64,000 nt of DNA from positions 54,418 through 118,417 of the IMG/VR virus record IMGVR_UViG_3300009784_000001. One strand, 5' to 3'. This document shows positions 19,081 to 27,616 of this stretch, one piece after another; positions within the stretch are counted from its first letter, which is position 1, and every line of letters begins with the position of its first letter. A program made the position numbers and the translations under genes. Below the pieces are notes generated by a model. It saw nothing but the letters and a program-made list of their open reading frames with translations, ran no database searches and was not told where the DNA came from. The DNA is from a virus. Its lineage: Duplodnaviria > Heunggongvirae > Uroviricota > Caudoviricetes.

Positions 19081-19094
19081 TACTCATTTGAGTA
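19081..19094. repeat. TACTCA-TT-TGAGTA inverted repeat, copy 5
   Basis: Exact 14-mer about 58 nt 3' of the stop of gene 19152-19760. Confidence 0.7.
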
Positions 19095-19151
19095 TGCTGT
19101 AAGTATCCTTTCAAAGGTATGACACAAACATACTTTCATAAGTACAAAGTA

Positions 19152-19760
19152 TCAATCCATTCTATAACTTACATTTACATTTTTTATTCCATTTTGCCTG
19201 CAAAAATCAGCCACAAGATGCCAATAACAAAATTGCATTGATAGATCCTGCATCCATATTGCTCCAAAACCAGCACCCATTTTTGTTAATTTATTAATTA
19301 ATTCCGTTCCAAGTTTTTTTGCAACCATGTCTCTCACTTTGGTATCATTTTTGTTTGCAATGGAATTAATTTCAGATGCTTTTTTTGAATTTTTATTATA
19401 TATCATCCACACTTGAGCGCATCCATAACCAAAAAATACATATCTTTTACCATCATCTTTAACAAGTTTTGTATCATTTCCAATAACACTTTTTACCTTA
19501 TAAACTTCAGTATAAAAAGTATCTACAAATTTATCAAGGTTATCTTTCATGTATTGCATAAATTCACTTTCAATTCCTTTGTTTGCTTTTGGCTCTTTTT
19601 TAACAATTACCTTTGTTGTAACTGTTTTATTTTTATTAATACTTTTTCTAATAAGGATGGAGGCTTTTTTCTTTGTAATTCCATCATTAGAATAATCAAC
19701 ACCAGTGTGTTGCAGTAAAACTCTCAATTGTGCCTCTGTAGCAAAATCATTAATATACAT
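19152..19760 (-). CDS. hypothetical protein (202 aa)
   Basis: Track ORF with an ATG start. Confidence 0.5.
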   Translation of the reverse strand: MYINDFATEAQLRVLLQHTGVDYSNDGITKKKASILIRKSINKNKTVTTKVIVKKEPKANKGIESEFMQYMKDNLDKFVDTFYTEVYKVKSVIGNDTKLVKDDGKRYVFFGYGCAQVWMIYNKNSKKASEINSIANKNDTKVRDMVAKKLGTELINKLTKMGAGFGAIWMQDLSMQFCYWHLVADFCRQNGIKNVNVSYRMD

Positions 19761-19971
19761 ATTATTCGTGTTTCAATTATCTTATAGAACAAAGATACAA
19801 AATTATATTAATATACCAAAGAACATGATGTTAATAAAAATTAAAAAATATTAAAAAAATTATATAATTTGTAATATTAAAATATATCTATTATTTATTA
19901 TAACTATTTTAACTTATTTAAAATATGTTAAAAAAATGTAGTCATCTTTTGAATAACTACACTTTCATTTT

Positions 19972-20382
19972 TTATTTTCCATTATTTGGAAGGTTCGCAG
20001 GATACAAATAAAATGTAAGGTTCGCATCCACAAATTCATTCAAAAAATCAAGTTCTTCACAATTCAAAGTGCCAGCACTACTCATCAAAACATATTCATT
20101 TTCGCAAACAAATTCGCATCCTTCTTCAATAGCTTTTATTTGCTTTTTTGTAACCCAGGCAGAGCCAACCAGAGCATCATCACTATCATGCCCCTCATCC
20201 CTACAACTGTTTACCCAAGGAGCTAAAATACTTTCATAATGACTTTCAAAGTTTCCAATAGTTTCATTTACATCATCCCAATTCACTTCACATTCATTTG
20301 CCTCAGCATTTGCTTCAATAATATCTGAGCTACTTGTGGATAACGCCCATCCAATCTGATATAACTTCGGTTCCTTTTTCAT
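19972..20382 (-). CDS. hypothetical acidic protein (136 aa)
   Basis: Track ORF. Confidence 0.5.
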   Translation of the reverse strand: MKKEPKLYQIGWALSTSSSDIIEANAEANECEVNWDDVNETIGNFESHYESILAPWVNSCRDEGHDSDDALVGSAWVTKKQIKAIEEGCEFVCENEYVLMSSAGTLNCEELDFLNEFVDANLTFYLYPANLPNNGK

Positions 20383-20465
20383 ATTATATAATTTTTATTA
20401 TTACAAAGGTATAAAATTTTTTTGATATATAGAAGAAAATTATGTTAATAATTGTTAATTCGCTA

Positions 20466-20479
20466 TACTCATTTGAGTA
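20466..20479. repeat. TACTCA-TT-TGAGTA inverted repeat, copy 6
   Basis: Exact 14-mer overlapping the stop codon of gene 20469-20762. Confidence 0.7.
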
Positions 20480-20762
20480 CATTTTCCTTATTCAATAGTT
20501 CAACCATTCCCTTACTATCTATTCCATGAGTACATCCAATTTTACGAGGAAATAAAATAGTATAATTTAATAGATCTTCAACCTTCCAATTCATTCGCTT
20601 TATAAAGTCCATCCACACTTTCCTTGAGCAAATGTTATTTTCTATTTTATAAACTTTACCTTCTGTTTCCGCTTTTATAGAATCCTCCATAGACAATTTA
20701 TTGAAGGTATCATTGTCCATTTTTATGACTAATATTTTACAAAATTTGCTTGGATATTTCAT
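20469..20762 (-). CDS. hypothetical protein (97 aa)
   Basis: Track ORF. Confidence 0.45.
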   Translation of the reverse strand: MKYPSKFCKILVIKMDNDTFNKLSMEDSIKAETEGKVYKIENNICSRKVWMDFIKRMNWKVEDLLNYTILFPRKIGCTHGIDSKGMVELLNKENVLK

Positions 20763-20763
20763 A

Positions 20764-20997
20764 TTATTTATGCAATTTATTCATTATACTATTGTATATA
20801 AGTTTCTTCGATCCCCATTTACAAGTCCTATTAAACTTTGGACTATCACGTTTCAACAAGGCACAAAAAACCTCAAAAGTAAACTCATTTCGAGCATCCA
20901 AATTGCATAAGTTTACAAAGCCATACATTTCAATAAACGTATCTGAAAAATTTATATTATTCATATCTGTAAGTTTATATATCATTTTATAATACAC
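20764..20997 (-). CDS. hypothetical protein (77 aa)
   Basis: Track ORF. This is the last early promoter, at about 21000-21060. Confidence 0.4.
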   Translation of the reverse strand: MYYKMIYKLTDMNNINFSDTFIEMYGFVNLCNLDARNEFTFEVFCALLKRDSPKFNRTCKWGSKKLIYNSIMNKLHK

Positions 20998-21129
20998 AAA
21001 GATAATGTTTTATTTTGATATAACAACTAAAAATAATGTTAAAAAAATATAATTTTTTATCAATTAATTGTTAAAATATCTTTATTCAAAATTAAATATT
21101 TTTAACAATTCATTAACATTATTTAACTT

Positions 21130-21170
21130 AATAAATCTTAGATAATCCAAATTTTTTTCGTACCTTTGTT
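21130..21170 (+). promoter_or_regulatory. plus-strand host-type promoter (TACCTTTG at 21161-21168)
   Basis: The -7 box reads in plus orientation about 30 nt before the ATG at 21200. A GTTAAAATA box in plus orientation sits at 21070-21078, making this a divergent promoter region. Confidence 0.5.
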
Positions 21171-21199
21171 ATATCAAAATAACATTAATACATAATAAA

Positions 21200-21517
21200 A
21201 TGAATACAATTAATTTCAACACAGGAAAATTTGAGTTTGCAGGATATAGTTTCGATGCAGATCGTAGGGTCTTAACAAGCGAAAGCAAAGTAAATAAACT
21301 AACTACAAAGGAGGCAAACCTTCTTCAGGCACTTGTGGAACGTAAAAATGATGTGCTTACAAGGGACGAAGCCCTACTAGCAATTTGGGGTGATAATAAT
21401 TTTTTCAATTCTAGAAGCATGGACGTTTATGTTTGCAAGCTCAAAAAATTATTTGAAGGTAGTAAAGTGATGATTCTAAATATTCATGGGACAGGATACA
21501 AAATGATGGCAGACTAA
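21200..21517 (+). CDS. winged-helix transcriptional regulator (OmpR/PhoB C-terminal DNA-binding domain only)
   Basis: LTTKEANLLQALVERKNDVLTRDEALLAIWG...MDVYVCKLKKLF...GTGYKM matches the trans_reg_C pattern. It is the only early-region gene on the plus strand. Confidence 0.65.
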   Translation: MNTINFNTGKFEFAGYSFDADRRVLTSESKVNKLTTKEANLLQALVERKNDVLTRDEALLAIWGDNNFFNSRSMDVYVCKLKKLFEGSKVMILNIHGTGYKMMAD

Positions 21518-21730
21518 CTGCCATTATGTCAGGGGTGAGCTACACATCCCCCCTCAAGGGGGAGGGGGGAGGAGAGGGGTAGCCTTTAGAGGCAAACGCT
21601 TCATTAAATATATCCCTTTAAAAATTCTAGAAAAATAAAAATTGATTTTTCAAAAAATGACTTCTCCAAAAATAAAAAACTATGCCAAAAAAATTCCAGA
21701 AAAAAATTTATCCTTTTTCAAAAACTGGTT

Positions 21731-21952
21731 TCACATCTCTGGATACAATATTCTTATCAAACTTTTGATTATTCCAAAAATTGGCATAAGTAATATACTA
21801 ATTATGCAGATAGTTACAATAATCATACCAATATTATATTCAATATCTTTCACTTTTCCAAAGATAGTAGATAAATCTTGTATAAACAATATAAGTAATC
21901 TAATACCAGCTATTATCAATATAATTCCAACAATATAGAAAATAATATTCAT
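21731..21952 (-). CDS. small membrane protein (73 aa)
   Basis: Hydrophobic. The 4-nt overlap with 21949-22146 favours the minus strand over track ORF 21642-21938 on the plus strand. Confidence 0.4.
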   Translation of the reverse strand: MNIIFYIVGIILIIAGIRLLILFIQDLSTIFGKVKDIEYNIGMIIVTICIISILLMPIFGIIKSLIRILYPEM

Positions 21953-22146
21953 AATTCATTATTTAATTTTTTAATGGCATTATATTCTCTTTTTCCACAA
22001 GTAAAAATAACTCGTTCACCAACACTATATTGTTTATGATCTTCATCCCAATCAATCACATCACTTATAGCAAAAAGAATATCTTTTAACACTGACCATT
22101 CAGTATAAGTAAAATCTTTTGTGATATTTCTACTTTTTGATTTCAT
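21949..22146 (-). CDS. hypothetical protein (65 aa)
   Basis: Track ORF. Confidence 0.4.
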   Translation of the reverse strand: MKSKSRNITKDFTYTEWSVLKDILFAISDVIDWDEDHKQYSVGERVIFTCGKREYNAIKKLNNEL

Positions 22147-22261
22147 ATTGTTTAATTTTTAATTCATAATATAATTCCAGATATAATATAAACAAATAAA
22201 AATCATAAACAAGTAAGCGCCAATCTCAAGATAATATTTTGTTTGATACCAGATATAACTT

Positions 22262-22615
22262 TCAAATTTCATTTTCATTTAATTTTAATGATTTAAAGAA
22301 ATCTTCTTTTGTTCCAATATTGAATTTAATTCTTTCTTCATTTGTTAATGATCTAATATCTCCACATATTTTGCATTCCATATGGGCAAATTCTCTTGGA
22401 TATACTTGTTGCAATTCATATTGATGATCTGATTCATCATTTAAGCAGGGAGCTTTGAAAACATCATAATAAAAACATATTGTGGTTTCATAGATAAAGG
22501 TTTTACCACAATTTTCACATTCTTGGTTGTGTTTTTCATCTTCTGTATAACCTTGACCATCATCATGGTTTATATTTTGTTCAAATCCACAGTAGGGACA
22601 TTCAATATCTTTCAT
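22262..22615 (-). CDS. zinc-finger protein (117 aa)
   Basis: CPYCG...CENCG...CKICG motifs. Confidence 0.5.
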   Translation of the reverse strand: MKDIECPYCGFEQNINHDDGQGYTEDEKHNQECENCGKTFIYETTICFYYDVFKAPCLNDESDHQYELQQVYPREFAHMECKICGDIRSLTNEERIKFNIGTKEDFFKSLKLNENEI

Positions 22616-22657
22616 ATTTTTTTAATTATTATATATTTATACTTAAATAAATTAATT

Positions 22658-22954
22658 ATGGAAAACATATTTCAATTTTTCAATATGGGTCTGATGATCT
22701 CAATTATTATTGTTACCTATGCTGTATTTAAAATCCTTGAATCTTTTAATATATCATGGAAAACTTGGATCAAAAGAATTATTACTATCGTTATTTCTTT
22801 ATTACTTAGTGTATTCTATTATTGTATCCTTCATTTGAAACTGGATGAAATAATTCCTACTTATTTAATAAGCGTTGTACTGTATGATTATTTGATAAAG
22901 GAAATATTAAGCAAGATAAAGGGGGGTAGTGAAGAAAAAGAGATAGATGCTTAA
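22658..22954 (+). CDS. membrane protein (about 98 aa), start moved to an internal ATG
   Basis: Hydrophobic ORF in the same frame as track ORF 22523-22954. The upstream part overlaps gene 22262-22615, so the ATG at 22658 is preferred. Confidence 0.4.
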   Translation: MENIFQFFNMGLMISIIIVTYAVFKILESFNISWKTWIKRIITIVISLLLSVFYYCILHLKLDEIIPTYLISVVLYDYLIKEILSKIKGGSEEKEIDA

Positions 22955-23307
22955 TTTATCATTGAATTTATTATTTCATATCCACATTTCACTACGTTCA
23001 TAAAATCTTTAAAATCATCTACATTTAATTGGAGTGGTCTATCACTGCACCATTCGAGTTGGCAATCTTCTTTTCCAATATTAAAATGAGCAATTAAGAG
23101 AGAATTTTCAAGTTTTTCAAAACAGGAAGAATGGATAGAAACACAACTATCTATATTTGATTTATAGAAATCATTATTAACTTTAACAAATTCAGACTGT
23201 TTATTATACAGTTCATTTGGAAAATATTGAAGGATTTCATATCTTTCTTGAAGATATTTTATTCCGATGTTATTAATTCTTATTTCAAATTTATTTATTT
23301 CATTCAT
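22951..23307 (-). CDS. hypothetical protein (118 aa)
   Basis: Track ORF. Confidence 0.45.
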   Translation of the reverse strand: MNEINKFEIRINNIGIKYLQERYEILQYFPNELYNKQSEFVKVNNDFYKSNIDSCVSIHSSCFEKLENSLLIAHFNIGKEDCQLEWCSDRPLQLNVDDFKDFMNVVKCGYEIINSMIN

Positions 23308-23548
23308 AATTTAGAGTAGATTTTACATTATTTATTGGGATTGTATCTATTTTTATTTCTGTTGGGGAATATATTATTGTTTTAATTACTTTATATTTTT
23401 TTGTTTTTTCCATTTGTATTTGGTAATTAATAGTTTTAGGTGGAATTTGGGGTATAATTGGGGAAGACAAGGAAATTAGCCATGTCATTCCAAGTATAAA
23501 GATAAATAAGCCAATCACTATAAAAAACAAGTATTTTTGAGATTTCAT
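23300..23548 (-). CDS. membrane-anchored protein (82 aa)
   Basis: N-terminal transmembrane segment. Confidence 0.4.
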   Translation of the reverse strand: MKSQKYLFFIVIGLFIFILGMTWLISLSSPIIPQIPPKTINYQIQMEKTKKYKVIKTIIYSPTEIKIDTIPINNVKSTLNYE

Positions 23549-23561
23549 ATTACATAATTTT

Positions 23562-24050
23562 TTAATAATTTTTCCAATTAGGAATTATTTCATTTAATTT
23601 TTTGTCCCATGGTTTGTCAATAAGAAATTCAGATTTCCATGTTGATTTATTATTTTGATCGGTCCATTCCCATTGACATTCAGCTTCCACAATATCAGGG
23701 CAGTTACGTTCATAGTTTTTATAATAATATAAGTACCACAGCATTTGTTCCCAGTAATCATCGTCCAGCATATTATTTCCTATTGGATTTGATAGCCATA
23801 TAAATAATTGCCAGTTACCAAAGAGTATTAGATTGAAAGCTGGGGCAAACTCAAATCTTGGGGTATCATATTTATCTTTCCAATAGAGGTCATAATGATA
23901 AATTTTAATAAAACATTTTGATTTATAGACAGGGAGTCCTGTTGCCCATTTTCCGAAATAGACATTTACTTTTGGCTTTTTGAATACATTTCTTGCGAGC
24001 CAATAAGTTTTATACATATTTGGTATATACCAAGGAATTTTATTTTTCAT
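23562..24050 (-). CDS. hypothetical protein (162 aa)
   Basis: Trp- and Tyr-rich ORF. Confidence 0.5.
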   Translation of the reverse strand: MKNKIPWYIPNMYKTYWLARNVFKKPKVNVYFGKWATGLPVYKSKCFIKIYHYDLYWKDKYDTPRFEFAPAFNLILFGNWQLFIWLSNPIGNNMLDDDYWEQMLWYLYYYKNYERNCPDIVEAECQWEWTDQNNKSTWKSEFLIDKPWDKKLNEIIPNWKNY

Positions 24051-24289
24051 GAAAGTATATGTTCTTTAATATGTTCGATTGCATCATCTGTTGTTTTAAA
24101 AATATACTTTTCTTCCACATTGCTTACTATATGAGAAGAATTACCAAATCTATATTCCAAATTATATGAAACAAAAGTGGTACGGCATTCTATTCTAACA
24201 TTTGTACTATAAATTCTATAAGGAGTTATATGATGATCAATAACAGAATATACTTTATCATCATAATTAAATTTAGTTTCAATTATCAT
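24047..24289 (-). CDS. small protein, family B (tandem paralog)
   Basis: MIIETKFNYDDKVYSVI compared with MTIETKFNKGDTIYTII in the next gene. Confidence 0.45.
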   Translation of the reverse strand: MIIETKFNYDDKVYSVIDHHITPYRIYSTNVRIECRTTFVSYNLEYRFGNSSHIVSNVEEKYIFKTTDDAIEHIKEHILS

Positions 24290-24528
24290 ATTTTTTGATT
24301 TATTAAAGATTGGATTAAATTATCTTTTGTTTTGAACAATCTTTCTTCTTTTATATTTTTGAAAGGGGTATCAATATCATCTTCTACTAAATTATAGAAA
24401 ATATTAGGTAATTTATCATCTTTATTAAATTCAATACTTATTCCAGTGATTTTACCTTTGAATAATTCTGAATTAGCTATGATTGTATAGATAGTATCTC
24501 CCTTATTAAATTTAGTTTCTATTGTCAT
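24286..24528 (-). CDS. small protein, family B (tandem paralog)
   Basis: See the previous entry. Confidence 0.45.
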   Translation of the reverse strand: MTIETKFNKGDTIYTIIANSELFKGKITGISIEFNKDDKLPNIFYNLVEDDIDTPFKNIKEERLFKTKDNLIQSLINQKI

Positions 24529-24868
24529 TTTTATAATATTCTATTTTTGTTTTTTGTATTTTTGTTGGTAAGAATTTAGAATTTAATGACCAGCGAAAGC
24601 ATCTCCAATGATAACAATGTTCTTCCACTTCATAATCAGGGTTAAATTGTTTTGTATTTGAAGTTAATTCAAAATTTGTTAAAATAGCAAAAGTTCGTGC
24701 CTGCCCTTTTACTTCATATACACAAGGTATTTTTGTATGAATAATTGTTAATATATCCCCTATTTTTAAGTTATAAGATTCACTACCTTGGTAGGGTTCA
24801 ATATAACTTATATTTTGTTCAGTTACTTTAATTGTAGGTAATTGTTTTCTATAATCTTCAAAATTCAT
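24512..24868 (-). CDS. hypothetical protein (118 aa)
   Basis: Track ORF. Confidence 0.45.
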   Translation of the reverse strand: MNFEDYRKQLPTIKVTEQNISYIEPYQGSESYNLKIGDILTIIHTKIPCVYEVKGQARTFAILTNFELTSNTKQFNPDYEVEEHCYHWRCFRWSLNSKFLPTKIQKTKIEYYKNDNRN

Positions 24869-24873
24869 ATTAT

Positions 24874-25137
24874 TTAATTTATTATATTAGAAAATAAAGA
24901 AGGGAAATTTTCTTTAGTATATTTTTCTGTACATTCTTTTGAAATGTTATGCAGATAGTTTTCAGCCTCTTCTGCTGTTTCAAAATGCCCATTAAAATCG
25001 AGCATAAGTTTATGTATAGCTCCATTTCTTGTCATATACATTAGTCCTCCATATAAATCATTTTCATCTTTAAATGATTGTATTAAGATATTATTTGGAT
25101 AATTTCCTGCAATTTCCAATGCTGTTAATAGTGTCAT
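24874..25137 (-). CDS. hypothetical protein (87 aa)
   Basis: Track ORF. Confidence 0.4.
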   Translation of the reverse strand: MTLLTALEIAGNYPNNILIQSFKDENDLYGGLMYMTRNGAIHKLMLDFNGHFETAEEAENYLHNISKECTEKYTKENFPSLFSNIIN

Positions 25138-25824
25138 TTATTTTAAGAACATATTTAAATTTTTATATATTACGCATTGTCTTTTATCAGATAGAATACC
25201 AAGATTAATTTTATCCATTATTTTAATGATATTATTATCTTTCATATATTGTTCAGAGAATGTTTGTTTTTCTGGATTACAGCATGGGTTAGTATATAAA
25301 TAATACCAATAGGGATACCAAGTATCTACTTCTTCCAAGTTGACATGAGCGTGAACGCAAGTTATATTAACTGGTTTTGAATTTATTGTTTCATAATCTC
25401 CCCAGTCAATTAGATTTATATCATCCAATATTGTATCTTGGAATTTCTTTTTAATTGGGATAATTCCTCTTATTGGTCTATTTGAAAATTTTTCCAACCA
25501 TTTATTAAATTTATCAATATTAAGAGCTGGATCAATAGATACATTATTTGTTTTGGATAGGAAAGCGAATATAGCTGCTGTTCTTGTATAGCCACCATCT
25601 CCGATATGTAACCAATTAAAATTACTGATTTGGCATATTTTCTTCATACAAGAAAAAGCAGCATAAGATTCTGTAATTTCTTTTGAAGGAGATTCAGCAT
25701 CTTTAAAACGCCACATTAGTTCTTCATATGAATTACTTCTTAATATTTTATCAAGATATTTTGTATGTGGCAAATTTATGATTGCATGATTTGAAGTATA
25801 TTCTGTTGTTATATTATTATTCAT
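25138..25824 (-). CDS. hypothetical protein (228 aa)
   Basis: Track ORF. Confidence 0.5.
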   Translation of the reverse strand: MNNNITTEYTSNHAIINLPHTKYLDKILRSNSYEELMWRFKDAESPSKEITESYAAFSCMKKICQISNFNWLHIGDGGYTRTAAIFAFLSKTNNVSIDPALNIDKFNKWLEKFSNRPIRGIIPIKKKFQDTILDDINLIDWGDYETINSKPVNITCVHAHVNLEEVDTWYPYWYYLYTNPCCNPEKQTFSEQYMKDNNIIKIMDKINLGILSDKRQCVIYKNLNMFLK

Positions 25825-26054
25825 AATTGTTGATATACTACTGTTTCTTTAATCATTTTATTTCCACCTTGAAAATAAACAAGATTATTCATTGCTTCTT
25901 CAAAAGTAGAAAATGAATCTATGCAAGCTGCTCCATCCCAACTATTAATCCATGCATCAACCCACCACCATCTAAATAAGAAATGTTTTTGTTGAATAGT
26001 ATATGATTTTGTTCCTGATGGATTTATTTTTTCTACAATTCTATATTTTGTCAT
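25821..26054 (-). CDS. hypothetical protein (77 aa)
   Basis: Track ORF. Confidence 0.4.
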   Translation of the reverse strand: MTKYRIVEKINPSGTKSYTIQQKHFLFRWWWVDAWINSWDGAACIDSFSTFEEAMNNLVYFQGGNKMIKETVVYQQL

Positions 26055-26061
26055 ATAATAT

Positions 26062-26259
26062 TTAATGATTTAATAAAATAGTTATGATTATTCCACCACT
26101 AAAACTTGTTAGTATAATAAGCAATATACTAAGCATTAAAATAATATCAAAAGTATGTTGTTTCATTTTATGAATAAATGGAAAAAAAGATAAAGCAAAG
26201 AGTACTGATAATATTATATTAAGTAAGAACATAAAGAATATAGCTTCAATAAATAACAT
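26062..26259 (-). CDS. small membrane protein (65 aa)
   Basis: Two hydrophobic segments, as in a holin-like protein. Confidence 0.35.
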   Translation of the reverse strand: MLFIEAIFFMFLLNIILSVLFALSFFPFIHKMKQHTFDIILMLSILLIILTSFSGGIIITILLNH

Positions 26260-26284
26260 ATTATATATTAATTAAAAATTTTTA

Positions 26285-26518
26285 TTAGTCAAATCCTTCT
26301 TTTTTATTTTCTATATAATCACTTATTAGTCCAAAGATTATTATAAGTACTATTCCTATCAAAACGGAAAGAAATCCATATAGGATAAAAGAATGTGCTT
26401 CTTTTATTGTATTAGCTGTAAATACAAATATTAATAAACCACCTGCAAGAAAAGATAATCCTCCACAGATAAGTAGCATTACAAGTCCATCTACAAGTTT
26501 ATCAATAATTTCTGGCAT
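26285..26518 (-). CDS. small membrane protein (77 aa)
   Basis: Two transmembrane segments. Confidence 0.4.
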   Translation of the reverse strand: MPEIIDKLVDGLVMLLICGGLSFLAGGLLIFVFTANTIKEAHSFILYGFLSVLIGIVLIIIFGLISDYIENKKEGFD

Positions 26519-26520
26519 TT

Positions 26521-26988
26521 TTAATTATCTATATAGGGTTTATATTCCCTTGGTAAAGGAGTAGTAGTACCTTGTGGAAGTGTTCCTATATTACAGAATC
26601 TATAATTAAATTTAGCCATATTTGCATTATATTGAGAAGCTAAATCATTATAACTTGCTTTTACTCCCAGATATTCAGACTGCCATATATTATATTGTTC
26701 TGTATCTGATCTTGACCATTGTTGTCCATTAGAATATCTCTTTTCAATAGATTTAAATCTTTGTTCATAAGCTCCAAGTGTAGCTATTTTTGAATCCAAG
26801 GATGCAGAAGCATCTTTGAACCATTCATATTTTTGTAAGAGGACAGAGGGACTGTATTGTTCTTCAACAGTTTTAGCTGCATCATCAGCCATGTGATTAG
26901 CAACTCCACAAGCTCTAAATCCTATTCCAACAAGGAATAATAGCACTAATGCTACTATTCCCAAGGCTATCCAACCTACTATTTTCAT
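26521..26988 (-). CDS. N-terminally membrane-anchored protein (155 aa)
   Basis: One transmembrane segment followed by a soluble domain. Its stop overlaps the start of 26988-27521. Confidence 0.45.
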   Translation of the reverse strand: MKIVGWIALGIVALVLLFLVGIGFRACGVANHMADDAAKTVEEQYSPSVLLQKYEWFKDASASLDSKIATLGAYEQRFKSIEKRYSNGQQWSRSDTEQYNIWQSEYLGVKASYNDLASQYNANMAKFNYRFCNIGTLPQGTTTPLPREYKPYIDN

Positions 26989-27521
26989 TATTTATTTTCC
27001 TCCATATTTAATACTATGGACTTAACAGCCAATGGTTCAGAAGATATATGAAGAATCATTCCACCAGTTACATATTGTTGATGATACACGCCTTTAGAAT
27101 CCCACCAATATAGATAGTCCATTGAAGTTCCATAAGTACCATCATCTTGTATTACATCAGGGTAGTACCATTGATAATCAGATTGACCACCACTTCTTGC
27201 TCTCATTGTAGGGGTTAATCTTTTACCAGAACTTGTTACTTTTCCTTTTACAGTTGAATAAATCAACACTTGACCTGAATAAGCACTGATGATATACAAA
27301 TGTTTAATTGAACCTGGTTCATTATCTGCTTTTAATCTTGCAGCGATATTATTTTGTTCAACTGTTCTACCGTTCATATCAGTAGGAACTGATGCTTGCA
27401 CTTCTTGGACACCTGATTTAGAAGTTTGTTCTTTTACAGCACCACTATCATCACATTCACCTGAGCTTAATGTTATAAATAAGAACATTAAACCAAAACT
27501 TAACCATAGAAATCTTTTCAT
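26988..27521 (-). CDS. secreted protein with signal peptide (177 aa)
   Basis: N-terminus MKRFLWLSFGLMFLFITLSSGEC. Confidence 0.45.
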   Translation of the reverse strand: MKRFLWLSFGLMFLFITLSSGECDDSGAVKEQTSKSGVQEVQASVPTDMNGRTVEQNNIAARLKADNEPGSIKHLYIISAYSGQVLIYSTVKGKVTSSGKRLTPTMRARSGGQSDYQWYYPDVIQDDGTYGTSMDYLYWWDSKGVYHQQYVTGGMILHISSEPLAVKSIVLNMEENK

Positions 27522-27616
27522 TTTTTTTTATTTATTAAATTAATTTTTTTATTGTAACACAAAGATAAAATTTATTTTTTATATAACAAAATTTTTTATA
27601 TTAAAAAAATTTAAAT

